A stretch of 64,000 nt of DNA from an uncultured Fibrobacterota bacterium (GCA_963729895.1 CAVSQB010000019.1:1-64000), one strand, 5' to 3'; positions 10,751 through 21,028 are shown, numbered from the stretch's first letter. The notes: a model not told the origin generated them from the letters alone. Made by a program: numbers and translations.

Positions 10751-11530
10751 TTACTTCCCGCTCCACATTTGATACAATCCGGTCCCTATCACCGTCATTT
10801 CCTTTGCATACACGAATTCGAACGTTACCAGTTCTTCCACCTGCTTCCACGCCCCGCCGGTTGCAAGCACCATCGAATCGTTGCCGAACTGTTCTTTGTA
10901 ACGCGCGACAAGGAACGACAGCGCGCCCGCAGTGCCGTAGGTAACGCCGGCGGTCATGGACGAACGCGTTGACAGTCCCGGAAATTCGGTTGCGGACCCG
11001 TCGAGTTCCACGGGCGGAAGCGCACTCGTGTTGTCGTGAAGACTTTTCAGTTGCGTTACGAGGCCGGGCAAAATCGCGCCGCCGGAGAATTCTCTGCCGT
11101 ATTTGAGAAAGTCAACGGTAATGGCGGTCCCGAGGTCGATGATAATTTGATTCTTGCCCGGAAACGCGGTAAAGCCGTAGAGACAGTCTGCGAGCCGGTC
11201 AGGGCCCAGAGCGTCTGAGTTTTCGTAGGTGACGGAAATGGGGAGGCGTTTGGAATATTCGAACCACAGCGGGGAGAGAAATCCCGTTGAAGTGAGACTG
11301 CGGGATATCGAATCTTTGTCGAGTTTGACCACCGTGCAGATCACGACCGGCAGGGTTTGGGCACGTTCTTCGGCGCCGACCAACGACTGCAGCGACAGGG
11401 GCAGCCGCCGGGAAATATCTTTGGCGGGGAAGACATCGGCACGCAGGCAGGCAAGCCTGTCGCAATCGACCAGACCCGCGTGGGCGTTGGTGTTACCGAC
11501 GTCGATGGCAAGGACAAGGTTCGGCGTCAT
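10751..11530 (-). CDS. coaX: Type III pantothenate kinase
   Basis: LAIDVGNT, LGPDR, IDLGTAITVD, GGAILPG, ATGG; start could be 11545. Confidence 0.93.
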   Translation of the reverse strand: MTPNLVLAIDVGNTNAHAGLVDCDRLACLRADVFPAKDISRRLPLSLQSLVGAEERAQTLPVVICTVVKLDKDSISRSLTSTGFLSPLWFEYSKRLPISVTYENSDALGPDRLADCLYGFTAFPGKNQIIIDLGTAITVDFLKYGREFSGGAILPGLVTQLKSLHDNTSALPPVELDGSATEFPGLSTRSSMTAGVTYGTAGALSFLVARYKEQFGNDSMVLATGGAWKQVEELVTFEFVYAKEMTVIGTGLYQMWSGK

Positions 11531-11566
11531 GACATGAAAATACATGCAGGCGGGAGGCGTCCATGA

Positions 11567-12310
11567 TCAGTCCGTAAATCTTACGGGCCCGGATGAAAGC
11601 AGTACGTCTTTCCCGGCGATGGACAGCTGCATCCTTCCGTCCTGGAGCACTCCCTTGAAAACGCCTGCCCGGCCGTTCGCGATGCAGGCAGATCCTGTTT
11701 TGTAAAGACGGTTGGTATACAACAGATGCGCCGCATTTGCAGGCAAGGACAGGTATTTCCAGAACCATTCGACAATGGCGCCCAGCAACGCCCCGACATC
11801 ATGCCGTTTCTTCGTCTCAATTAGCAGCGAGGTCGCGATGCTTTTGATGTCGTCGGGAAAAGTCTTGCGCGCCAGGTTGACGTTCATCCCGAATCCGATA
11901 ACGATAACGCCGGTTCGACCGGGTACGGTTTCCAGCAGGACACCGCACAGTTTCCTGTCGCCCCAGTATATGTCGTTTGGCCATTTGATTGCAAGCGGGG
12001 CGCCCGGCGAGAGGCCTTTCACCCCGTCATAAATCGCCAGGCTTATCGCCCGATTGTAATTAAAATGCGAGGCGATGTCCGGCATCGGGCACACGATGCT
12101 CGCAAACAGGCCGCCCTTTGCCTCGGAAAAGAATGTGTTTTGGCGCTGGCCGCGGCCCGCGGATTGTCTGTCTGCGCAGACGACAAACAGTCCCTGTTTC
12201 GGAAATGCGTCCAGGTTTTTGGCGAAGGTGTTTGTCGAGTCGACAACGTCAAAATGGAAGACACGCTCGACAAAAGGTAGAAGCTCGATTCGGGCGAAGG
12301 CCTTTTTCAT
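11567..12310 (-). CDS. birA: Biotin--[acetyl-CoA-carboxylase] ligase (no N-terminal HTH)
   Basis: DSTN, QSAGRGQ, IKWPND, KLCGVL, GFGMNVN; start uncertain. Confidence 0.92.
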   Translation of the reverse strand: MKKAFARIELLPFVERVFHFDVVDSTNTFAKNLDAFPKQGLFVVCADRQSAGRGQRQNTFFSEAKGGLFASIVCPMPDIASHFNYNRAISLAIYDGVKGLSPGAPLAIKWPNDIYWGDRKLCGVLLETVPGRTGVIVIGFGMNVNLARKTFPDDIKSIATSLLIETKKRHDVGALLGAIVEWFWKYLSLPANAAHLLYTNRLYKTGSACIANGRAGVFKGVLQDGRMQLSIAGKDVLLSSGPVRFTD

Positions 12311-12498
12311 GGGAGCAATCAATGAGATTTCCGGCCTGCCGCCGCTCCGGCACGATACGGTTACTTGTTGCAGTCTGGGGTGAGCATTTTGAGCCGTGAG
12401 AGCCCCGTTCATAGCCGGCACTTCCTGGATCCGCAGGCCCCGGTGGTGGTCGACGAGCTTGTGACGAACGCCTCGACGGGTATTTCACCCAGGGGAAA

Positions 12499-13359
12499 CT
12501 ATTCAATGACCAGATGAATGTCGAGCGCCGGCGCGCTGTGTGTTATCGATCCGGCCGAAATAAAGTCCACACCTGTCTCGGCAATCGCGACGATGGTTTC
12601 GACATTTACATTGCCGCTTGCTTCGAGCTCAACAGAGGCACCGGAGGCGCCCCTGAGTTTCACGCACGCCGCCATGTCGGCGAGGCTCATATTGTCAAGC
12701 ATGATCCTGTCGGGCTTACAGGCCAGTGCCGTTTGGAATTCTTCAATCGTTTGCGTTTCGACCTCTATCTTAACGCCGGCCTTGGTGCGCCTCGCATATT
12801 CCTGCGCCTTGCGAACCGCCGGACCAACCCCGCCCGCGGCTTTTATGTGTGTATCCTTGATAAGAATCATGTCGAACAAGCCGAACCGGTGGTTGTTTCC
12901 GCCGCCGTGGACGACGGCCTCCTTTTCCAGCATGCGCAGAAGCGGGGTCGTTTTCCTTGTATCAAGCAACTTCGCCTTGGTGTGTGCGATCATGAAAGCG
13001 AGGCGGCGCGTGGCGGAAGCCACGCCGCTCAGGCGCTGGAGAAAATTGAGCGCCACGCGCTCGCCCGCAAGAATGGCGCGAAGAGAGCCCGCAAGCTCGC
13101 AGATACGCGTTCCGGGGGCGAGTGCGGCCCCGTCATGCAACAGCACATTGACCGCAAGCGCATGATCGAGGCGGTGAACCAAGGGTTCAATCAGCCTCAC
13201 GCCCGACAGCACCCCTTCGCTCTTGCTCTCGATAACCGCGCGAGCGCTCTCCCGTGTGTCAAATAATGCCTGCGACGTCAGGTCGCCCCGGGTCCCAAGG
13301 TCTTCGGTCAGCGCCTGCCGGATAAGGGAATCAAGAACAGGATCGCGGTGTCCGCTCAT
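12499..13359 (-). CDS. nadC: Nicotinate-nucleotide diphosphorylase (carboxylating)
   Basis: ERVALNFLQ, DTRKTTP, HRFGLFD, IKDTH, MLDNM, EASGN. Confidence 0.96.
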   Translation of the reverse strand: MSGHRDPVLDSLIRQALTEDLGTRGDLTSQALFDTRESARAVIESKSEGVLSGVRLIEPLVHRLDHALAVNVLLHDGAALAPGTRICELAGSLRAILAGERVALNFLQRLSGVASATRRLAFMIAHTKAKLLDTRKTTPLLRMLEKEAVVHGGGNNHRFGLFDMILIKDTHIKAAGGVGPAVRKAQEYARRTKAGVKIEVETQTIEEFQTALACKPDRIMLDNMSLADMAACVKLRGASGASVELEASGNVNVETIVAIAETGVDFISAGSITHSAPALDIHLVIE

Positions 13360-15482
13360 AGGAATCCGTAGCGCAGCCCGAGATGGAATTCGGCCACCTT
13401 GTCTGAGGGGTCAATGACATTGTTGAATTTCATGTCGAGGTAAGACCAGGAAAAGCCTGCGGAAAAACCGACCCCGAACAAGATGGGATTGGTAACGACA
13501 TCGGCGCCGGCCCGGAATCCCCACGATGGAAAGACGGTGGTGCGCGGATACAGGCCGCCGTGCGTTTCTTCCAGGTACATCGTGCCGTACTTGATTGGCC
13601 GCCACAGGCTGTCGTTGATGGTGCAGGAGAGGCCGATGGTGAGGTCCGGCCCGGAATAGTTTGAGTCGATGGCGATGGGGTAGGTATCGTAGAGGTTCTG
13701 CTTGTACGAAAAAGCAAGGGCGGCGCCCCGGACCGGATTCATGCCGAAGAACAGCTCGAGTTTCGAACAGAACCTGCGGCTGGACAGGATGGTGTTCTGG
13801 GTGAACAACAGGGTGTCGGAGGAAGCCCCGGTATCCTTCATCATCTCGACCCTCGTTGATGCATAAGAAGAATAAAACTGGCTCGCTATGAGCCTGCCCG
13901 ATTCCGTGCTGATGCCGGCTTTGGCGCACAGGGAACTCCACCGCGCCTCAATCGTGGGCGCCTTGATGACGAACCCGTCGGTGCGGAGGCCCGCTATCTT
14001 CTGGGCAAATCCGGCGCTCAGCGTAATGCGGCCCGCGTAGGTGGAAACCACGTCGGCGGCGAAATCGAGATCGTAGATGAACGCGCTCATCGCCGAGTCG
14101 AGCTCCACCGTGTTCGAATCGGCTTTTGGGATTTTGACGAATCGGAAGCTTGCCGAGTCCATCCCTTTCAGGTAATTCTGGTCGGCGTCGAAGAAATAGC
14201 CGGCGCCGAAACGGCACACTCCCGGATCAAAAAGCACGTGAATCCCGCCGGGCGAAAGCGAGGAAATGTCCCCAATGAATCCCTGCAGGCTCCAACTGCC
14301 GACCTGCGCCTGCGCCACGAGCCCCAGGGGATGGAAAACGGAATAGGGATTACGGTTGTTGTACCCGTCAACTACGATCCCGTCTCCGATGGTGTAATTA
14401 TCGATGGGGCCCAGCGTGACGAACGTCGAATCGAAGAACGGGCCGATTCTCACATGGTCGATAAGATCGAGATACCCCGGGACGGAACCGAAATCGTACA
14501 TCCGGATTTGCCGTGTATAATTTGCGGCAAAGGGAATCCGGAGCCCCGCGCCGAACATCGGGCTCGAGTACGACGGCACAAGCGCAAACGAGGGGAACAG
14601 GCGGCCTTCGGCAGACGCAACGGCGTTGTTTTCCTCCAGCACAATCTTGTGTTCCTGCGTCACGTCCGGGGTGGAAATCGGATCATACTGAAGCCCGAAT
14701 GTTTCTCTGTCGGAAAGAACTGCGCCCCATATTCTGTTGGCGCTGAACTGCCGTTTGTACGTACCCGCCTCCGCCGGCTTGATGGACCGCGTCTCGCCCG
14801 TTGCGCCGGCATTTTCCTCGGTCGGTCTGATATGAGCGGCCCCGAGTTCGCTCTCGATGTAATCGTTCCCAAAAAGGCTCTTGAGTTCCGCAACATGGCG
14901 GACCGTGATGTATAAAGGAGCCGTCGGCTCCTTATCGGGAAAAATCATGGTGGTCTGCCCCGACGACAGGGTGCTGTTCTCCTTTTGGGCGATGTTCCTG
15001 GCCTTAATGGATCCACCGAGCGACTGGAATCTTGTTTCGCCGGTTTTTGGCTCTACGACGGTGGAAAAAGACCCCTTGTCGGTTTCGCCGACGGCATCCG
15101 ACGTATAGACGCTGATGCGGCTGTTTAAAATCGCTTTTGCAACGCACCCGCCGCTGAACAGCGTGAGGTTCACGTTGAGGATAGGTATGCCGCTATCGTT
15201 TCTTTGCTCACGAATGTTGACAAGCGCCTTGGAGTCGGAGCCAAGGATGACCGTGTTACCCCTGCCGAACTGCATCACCATCCGCGCCTGAAAATAGGTC
15301 TCAACAATGTCGTTGTCGCGGAGTTTGGACCCGGGGGAAACCGTTTCCCAATCCTTCTTCCCAACATGCTGCACCTTGGCGCTGCCGTCAATGGAAATGA
15401 CGTCGACGGCCGCTTGTGAATTGGCATTCACGAGCGGGATAAAAACCGCGAATGCGGCCAGCATTGCCAGCGAAGATTTCAT
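13356..15482 (-). CDS. Exported FecR-domain protein with a probable C-terminal outer-membrane beta-barrel
   Basis: Signal peptide; FecR-like N-terminus (DWETVSPGSKLRDNDIVET); amphipathic beta-strands ending FHLGLRYGFL. Confidence 0.65.
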   Translation of the reverse strand: MKSSLAMLAAFAVFIPLVNANSQAAVDVISIDGSAKVQHVGKKDWETVSPGSKLRDNDIVETYFQARMVMQFGRGNTVILGSDSKALVNIREQRNDSGIPILNVNLTLFSGGCVAKAILNSRISVYTSDAVGETDKGSFSTVVEPKTGETRFQSLGGSIKARNIAQKENSTLSSGQTTMIFPDKEPTAPLYITVRHVAELKSLFGNDYIESELGAAHIRPTEENAGATGETRSIKPAEAGTYKRQFSANRIWGAVLSDRETFGLQYDPISTPDVTQEHKIVLEENNAVASAEGRLFPSFALVPSYSSPMFGAGLRIPFAANYTRQIRMYDFGSVPGYLDLIDHVRIGPFFDSTFVTLGPIDNYTIGDGIVVDGYNNRNPYSVFHPLGLVAQAQVGSWSLQGFIGDISSLSPGGIHVLFDPGVCRFGAGYFFDADQNYLKGMDSASFRFVKIPKADSNTVELDSAMSAFIYDLDFAADVVSTYAGRITLSAGFAQKIAGLRTDGFVIKAPTIEARWSSLCAKAGISTESGRLIASQFYSSYASTRVEMMKDTGASSDTLLFTQNTILSSRRFCSKLELFFGMNPVRGAALAFSYKQNLYDTYPIAIDSNYSGPDLTIGLSCTINDSLWRPIKYGTMYLEETHGGLYPRTTVFPSWGFRAGADVVTNPILFGVGFSAGFSWSYLDMKFNNVIDPSDKVAEFHLGLRYGFL

Positions 15483-15725
15483 ACGTTTCGCGTGCCGGGT
15501 TTTGTGTCGGGAAACGGCGAAAGGCGCACGGCCGTGCGCTCCATGCTAATGGTAAAATAATATCCACAGGGGAGCAAGTGGCACGTTCACGATAATTGGC
15601 AACTGCTCAAGATTGGCGCCATGCAATCCTTCGTGTCCCGCGGAGCGCCTGCAGGACGATTGCCGTGTTCCCAGGGGTTAGAAGGGGCAGAATTTGCGCC
15701 GCGCGGTCGGAATACCCCGCACGCG

Positions 15726-17066
15726 CTATATCACGTCGGTCCCCTTCTTAATAATCCACAACGAAGCCACTTTTTCGTGAAACATGTCAAGAGGGAGTTT
15801 GGTCTTGAGCACGCAATTGAAGAAATTGTATTTCCTGAGGTCGAAATCAATGATATCGTCTTTGAGGGTCGCATGGAGCCGGGTGCCGGGCATCGGTGTA
15901 AGAACCGTGTACCCGGCGTAGGTCACGCGCTGCTCGCCGGCAAAAGCTGCGAGCTCCTCGAAATCGCCGTCATCATAATCGGGCGGTACAACGTAATTGC
16001 CGCGAACCATGATGCCGTTGTCGTGAAACACCGAGACCGCCTTCCTGATGAGCGACGCGTCGAGCTGTTTGTTGTATGAAGAAAGCTCCCTCTGGCGGAA
16101 CGACTCGAAGCCGCAGATCACCACCTTGAGTCCGGCGCGGGCCATCTGCTCCACGAGTGCCGGGTTTCTTGCCGCCGTATCGACGCGGATGTCCATCACG
16201 AATTCCTTGTTGAGGCGTTCCTCGGCGATGCGTGAAAAAAGCCGGCGGGTGTAGACTTCGTCGATCACCGAATTCGCGTCTGCAAAACGGACAATACCGT
16301 AGTTTCCGAGCGAGCGGAGCTCGCCGATAATACTCTCGATGTCGCGCAGATAGTAGCGGCCGTTCCATTGGGGCCAGATGGAGCAGAACGAGCACTTAAA
16401 CGGGCATCCGAGCGACGTGTTGATGTAGGTGATGTTCTTGTCGTTGTGCGGCATCCGGTATGCAGGGAGCCATTTCTCTATGTACTTTCTGTCTGGCGGC
16501 ACGTATTCGTCTTTACCGTAATCCACTGTGCGCGGCGGCGCCGACGACGGAATATAGCCGTCGGGCGAGTTGTGGAAAATGCCGGCAATGTGAAGATACC
16601 CTTTGTTCGCCGCCCGCGCTTCCGCGATTTCCCGGAATGTGAGACCCGCCTGGCCGGCTGCCACGATGTCGGCGGCTGTTCCCCGGAAATCCTGCGGGCA
16701 CAGCGACGCGTGCAGTCCGCCCGCAACGGTCAATACGTCCTTGTTCCATAGCTTGGCGGTTTCCAAGATGCGGATGCTGTCCGGAAATTCCGACGCGATG
16801 CAGGTGACGCCCACAATGTCCGGTTGTGTCCGGTCGCAGTACTGGGTGACAAGCTCCGGCAACGCAGGCGCTTCGGGGTTGCTGTCATACTCGGCCTTCA
16901 TGTCCAACACGGTAACGTCGTGGTTCTTGACCGCGGCCGCCACCGCGAGCAATCCCAGCGGCGGACCGATGAGCTTCCTGTGGATAAATCGTTTGGCGGC
17001 CTCGGGCGCATGCGCAAGAATCGCGTTTTCGGGCGAGCGGGGAGGATTGACAAGAAGGATGTTCAT
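15726..17066 (-). CDS. Cobalamin-binding radical SAM protein (class B, putative methyltransferase)
   Basis: MNILLVNPP...PPLGLL B12-binding Rossmann start, AGGLHAS, CxxxCxxC (GCPFKCSFC), CGFES, LTPMPGT. Confidence 0.92.
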   Translation of the reverse strand: MNILLVNPPRSPENAILAHAPEAAKRFIHRKLIGPPLGLLAVAAAVKNHDVTVLDMKAEYDSNPEAPALPELVTQYCDRTQPDIVGVTCIASEFPDSIRILETAKLWNKDVLTVAGGLHASLCPQDFRGTAADIVAAGQAGLTFREIAEARAANKGYLHIAGIFHNSPDGYIPSSAPPRTVDYGKDEYVPPDRKYIEKWLPAYRMPHNDKNITYINTSLGCPFKCSFCSIWPQWNGRYYLRDIESIIGELRSLGNYGIVRFADANSVIDEVYTRRLFSRIAEERLNKEFVMDIRVDTAARNPALVEQMARAGLKVVICGFESFRQRELSSYNKQLDASLIRKAVSVFHDNGIMVRGNYVVPPDYDDGDFEELAAFAGEQRVTYAGYTVLTPMPGTRLHATLKDDIIDFDLRKYNFFNCVLKTKLPLDMFHEKVASLWIIKKGTDVI

Positions 17067-17467
17067 GCGGCGCCCAGGAGATAGACCACGGCCGTGAAAT
17101 GATGACTTTCGGGCATCATGAGCGTGAGGCGGGGAATGGTGTTCCCCGCTTCCGCCGCAAAGCGACGTGAAACGACAAAAGAGCTTTTGTCCGGGCTCTT
17201 GGCGAGGAAAAATTCGCACTCCGTAAAATTATACGGGCGGCCCAGCGCCTTGAACATGGCTTCCTTGACGCAAAAGGCGGCGCACAAACCGCGGGCCGGA
17301 CTCTGCATTCGCCTGCAGTGCGCGTGCTCCCTCTTTGTGAATACGAACGGTAGGAAATCCGTGCCGGCGTTGTCCCACTTCCGGAAACGTGCAACCTGTT
17401 CCGAATCGATTCCGCAGGAAACGACGTTGCGGCAGGCGCTAAACGTCCACGTTAACGACGTTGTCAC
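17063..17467 (-). CDS. AcpS-type 4'-phosphopantetheinyl transferase
   Basis: GIDSE and FCVKEAMFKA motifs; start uncertain (overlaps the ACP end). Confidence 0.82.
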   Translation of the reverse strand: MTTSLTWTFSACRNVVSCGIDSEQVARFRKWDNAGTDFLPFVFTKREHAHCRRMQSPARGLCAAFCVKEAMFKALGRPYNFTECEFFLAKSPDKSSFVVSRRFAAEAGNTIPRLTLMMPESHHFTAVVYLLGAA

Positions 17468-17747
17468 CGTGTCTCACAATTTTGAGTGTGAGGTCGATTA
17501 CCTGGCCGATGGTGTTTGCGGGCTTCTTCATGAGGTGTTTACCGAGGGCCTTTAGTTCGATTCTAAGGCCATACCTTTTGCGCACCATTTCGAGAAGGGA
17601 CAGGAGCATGAGGGAGTCGCCTTCGAGTTCCTCAATAATAGTAGTGGCGTCGGAAAGCTTTGACGCGTCGATATCGCATTCCTCTGCGAAAAAATCGTAC
17701 ACGAGCTGACGGATTTCCGCTTCTTTCTGGGCGTCCAGATCGGGCAT
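17439..17747 (-). CDS. Acyl carrier protein (102 aa, C-terminally extended)
   Basis: Acidic, GDSL phosphopantetheine site, TIGQV helix; RBS AGGAG before ATG 17747. Confidence 0.88.
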   Translation of the reverse strand: MPDLDAQKEAEIRQLVYDFFAEECDIDASKLSDATTIIEELEGDSLMLLSLLEMVRKRYGLRIELKALGKHLMKKPANTIGQVIDLTLKIVRHGDNVVNVDV

Positions 17748-17920
17748 GAACGGAGGCTCCTGGTTGTGCGGGACGGTCATTCTGCGCCGTAACACGTTCG
17801 GGTCCAATAAAATAGTTTGTTTCGGCCAGGCAATTGTAAGAATCTGTGGCAACCGCAAACACGCGCCTGCCGCTCATCTCTCTGGATTTTGACCCGCTGC
17901 GGTGAGTATTTTATCGAGTC

Positions 17921-18331
17921 ATGACGCCGCTGCCAGAATTTTCGATCCCCGTAACAGTTGAATTCGAGGACGTGGATTCCTACAAGATCGCGCACCACTC
18001 AAAGCTCGTTTCGTATCTCGAGCGCGCCCGGGTGCGGTATTTTTCGGGCCTGGGATTCGACCTTGCCGCCCCGGACATGATCGTCGTCCTGTATCATTTC
18101 GAGATGAATTTCAAGAAACCCGCATATTTTCAGGACAATCTCACGGTCTCGGTTTCTCTCAAAGCGTTTGACAATTACCGCATGGAGTTGTATTATAGAA
18201 TCCGCAGGGACAAGGACCTGATAGCCAGAGCCACCACAGGGCTCTGCTTTGTTGACCCGAAGTCCAAGACCATGATTGCCGCTCCGGACAGGTATGTCAA
18301 AAAAATCAACGAGGTATTGCCGGCTCAATAA
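17921..18331 (+). CDS. Hotdog-fold thioesterase (YbgC/4-HBT-like)
   Basis: VEFEDVDSYKIAHH..LVSYLERAR, FKKPA. Confidence 0.88.
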   Translation: MTPLPEFSIPVTVEFEDVDSYKIAHHSKLVSYLERARVRYFSGLGFDLAAPDMIVVLYHFEMNFKKPAYFQDNLTVSVSLKAFDNYRMELYYRIRRDKDLIARATTGLCFVDPKSKTMIAAPDRYVKKINEVLPAQ

Positions 18332-18352
18332 CTTGTGAGATTGCACACGCGC

Positions 18353-19564
18353 ATGGCTACCAGCATTGTGATAACCGGCCTCGGTCTCATCACGGGACTC
18401 GGGATCAACTGCCGGACATCGTGGGAAAGGCTTGTTGCCGGGGACAACCCGGTGCGCCGTTTTTCGCTGTTTGATCCCAAGGATCTGGGATGTTCTTTCG
18501 GCGTGGAACTCCCCAAGGAGGCCGATGAACTTTTCTCTTCGTCAATCAAGCCGCGGAGCCGGTCGCAGATGACGCGCGCAACCATGATCTCGATTGTAAC
18601 TGCCGATATGGCCATTGCCGACGCGGGCCTGGCCGGCAGCGCAACCGATCCGGCGCGCATCGGCGCGGTAACGGGTGCAACCGGCACGGGATATTTTTGG
18701 GACAAGCCGGGCAAGGACGAACAGCGCATCCTCAGGAACATGGCCAACGCCTCCGCGTCGTGGATAAGCCTGCGCCACAAATTCCACGGACCTTCGTTTG
18801 TCGTGAGTACCGCCTGCTCGTCGGGAGCCTATGCGCTGTCGAGCGCCATCGAGCTTATCGTGTCGGGCCAGTGCGATGCGGTTGTTGCGGGCTCTGCGGA
18901 TTCGTCCATCAACTATGCCGATGTCGAAGGGTTCCAAAGCATTATGGCGCTTTCCGAGGAGGAAGAAGATTTTGCGCACGCATGCCGTCCGTTTGACGCG
19001 ACCCGCAACGGTTTTGTGATGGGCGAGGGGGGCGGCATGATGGTTGTCGAATCGGAAAATCACGCGAAGAAGCGCGGGGCCAAACTGTACGCGAGGCTCT
19101 TCCGTCCCGGATTGTCGAGCGAGGCATACAACATGCTGTCGCCGAAGCCCGGCGGCGCGGGCATGGCCGTTGCCATACAACGCGCACTTGCAAACGCGGG
19201 CATGGCGCCGCGGGACATCGATTATATCAACGCGCACGGCACATCGACCGGTTATAACGATCTGTACGAAACGCAGGCGATCAAGGCCGTCTTTGGAAGC
19301 GCGGCCGCGTCGATCCCCGTTTCGTCAACAAAGCCGCAAACCGGCCATTGCCTTGCCGGGGCGGCGGGCGTGGAGGCCGCGCTTTGCGTCATGGCCATGT
19401 GTGACAATATCGTTCCCGCCACCATCAATCTGCGCACCCCGGACCCGCAATGCGACCTCGATTATGTCCCCAACCACAGCAGGGCAAAAGAGCTCAACGC
19501 CGTGATGTCGAACTCATTCGCGTTCGGCGGCCATAACGGCGTGTGCATTTTTGCACGAGTATGA
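18353..19564 (+). CDS. Beta-ketoacyl-ACP synthase II-like ketosynthase
   Basis: IVITGLG, TACSSG (Cys), RPFD..RNGFVMGEG, INAHGTST, TGH, SNSFAFGGHN; Cys-His-His triad intact. Confidence 0.95.
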   Translation: MATSIVITGLGLITGLGINCRTSWERLVAGDNPVRRFSLFDPKDLGCSFGVELPKEADELFSSSIKPRSRSQMTRATMISIVTADMAIADAGLAGSATDPARIGAVTGATGTGYFWDKPGKDEQRILRNMANASASWISLRHKFHGPSFVVSTACSSGAYALSSAIELIVSGQCDAVVAGSADSSINYADVEGFQSIMALSEEEEDFAHACRPFDATRNGFVMGEGGGMMVVESENHAKKRGAKLYARLFRPGLSSEAYNMLSPKPGGAGMAVAIQRALANAGMAPRDIDYINAHGTSTGYNDLYETQAIKAVFGSAAASIPVSSTKPQTGHCLAGAAGVEAALCVMAMCDNIVPATINLRTPDPQCDLDYVPNHSRAKELNAVMSNSFAFGGHNGVCIFARV

Positions 19565-20673
19565 TACGCCCCGTATACCTTGCAGGCACCGGAGCATTCC
19601 TTCCCGGCGATCCCATTCCGTTCGACCGGATCGACGATGTGCTCGGGAGGCTCACCGCCGCTCCGGCCGCCGTGCAAAAATGGTATGCGTCAAGCAGCGC
19701 GGTGATGCGGGAGATCCTCGACGTCGCCTATGTCCACTACGCAATCGACCCGGTCTCCCGGGAATTTACGGAAGACAATGTCACCATGGCGGTGAAAGCC
19801 GCGACGCTCGCGCTCGCGCACGCGGGAATCGCGGCGTCCGACATCGATCTCATCTGTTACGGCAGCTCGCACCAGGACCAGATGCCCACGGCGTCGGTGC
19901 GCATCCAGGAGGCCCTGGGCATCGAGCGGTGCGACGAACTGTCGATCCATGCCAACTGCACCTCGGCCTACAAGGCCCTCTATTGCGCCCACCAGTTTGT
20001 TGCATCCGGTAAGAACACAAACGCACTCGTTGTGTCCGCGAACATTTCATCGTCGGAGTTGCGAGCCGAGTACTACAACCAGGCGCTTGTCGATAAGGAG
20101 TCACTGTTTTTGCGGTGGTTCCTCTGCGACGGCGCCGGCGCCGCCGTCGTCACGGCGGACCCGGCGCGGTCCCGGGGCTACGAGCTTGAGCAGACCTTTA
20201 TCGAATCGGTTGGCGGGAAGCGGCCGTCGCTTATGTTCAACGAGCGACCCGCGCTCTGGCTGCCGCCGGACAAGGAATTCGCGGAAGGACGCCACCATCT
20301 GCGCCAGAAATTCCGCAACGCGCTGTCGACCAGCGTGTTCCGGGAAGAAGGCGGGTCGGTTTTCTTTAACGGTCTCAGGCGGATGCTTGCCGGCGGGAAC
20401 ATCCCGGTTGACACCATAAAGCTCTTCCAGGTAAACATGCCTACCAGGCATATCGTCGAGTCCATCATGGACGAATGCGAAACTATCGGCATTCCCCGGA
20501 GCGCCCTGTATTCCCGGCTCGGCGATCTCGGATACTGCGGCCCTCCCATGGTGTTTATCTGCCTCGACAAGATCCTGCGGGAAGAGAATATTGACAAGGG
20601 TGACAGAATCGTGAGTTTTGTGACCGAGGTGAGCAAGTTCATGCAGGCGGGATACTCTATTGTGAAGTCTTAA
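19561..20673 (+). CDS. KAS III-fold condensing enzyme, DarB/StlD-like, with a non-canonical active site
   Basis: GTGAFLP, DQMP, HANCTS (Cys), FLRWFLCDGAGA; ATGA-coupled to the ketosynthase gene. Confidence 0.85.
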   Translation: MIRPVYLAGTGAFLPGDPIPFDRIDDVLGRLTAAPAAVQKWYASSSAVMREILDVAYVHYAIDPVSREFTEDNVTMAVKAATLALAHAGIAASDIDLICYGSSHQDQMPTASVRIQEALGIERCDELSIHANCTSAYKALYCAHQFVASGKNTNALVVSANISSSELRAEYYNQALVDKESLFLRWFLCDGAGAAVVTADPARSRGYELEQTFIESVGGKRPSLMFNERPALWLPPDKEFAEGRHHLRQKFRNALSTSVFREEGGSVFFNGLRRMLAGGNIPVDTIKLFQVNMPTRHIVESIMDECETIGIPRSALYSRLGDLGYCGPPMVFICLDKILREENIDKGDRIVSFVTEVSKFMQAGYSIVKS

Positions 20674-20743
20674 GATGTTTTTTGTTGGGGGAAGGCGCTT
20701 CCGTAGGTGCTCCCCTAGCAGGCTCAGTTGCAAGCGTCAACAA

Positions 20744-20775
20744 CCTCACCCCGCCCTCTCCCAAAGGAGAGGGAG
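20744..20775. repeat. REP-like hairpin CCTCACCCCGCCCTCTCCCAAAGGAGAGGGAG
   Basis: CCCTCTCC/GGAGAGGG stem; resembles a widespread intergenic palindrome. Confidence 0.6.
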
Positions 20776-21028
20776 AAAATATGGAGTGCAGATGTTGCGA
20801 ACGGGGCACCCGGAGAGAATTGCAAAAGAGTTAATGCGTCAGCGGGTTGGTGAGTTGCAGGTATAGGTACAGTTGAGATTTTCCGTCGCCGGGTGTTTCT
20901 AGGGTGCGCCCAGCAGGAGGTTCGGGCTTGCAGAGAGAGGTACCTGGCCGCACCCGCTCATCAATCCATATGCTTTCTTGTTGTAGTCATTTGTGATCCG
21001 CCCAAATTAACCATGAATCCAAATTGAT

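Noticed and set aside
10751..13359. nadC-birA-coaX as part of the biosynthetic cluster
   Set aside because: Common housekeeping grouping, separated from the cluster by an unrelated gene.
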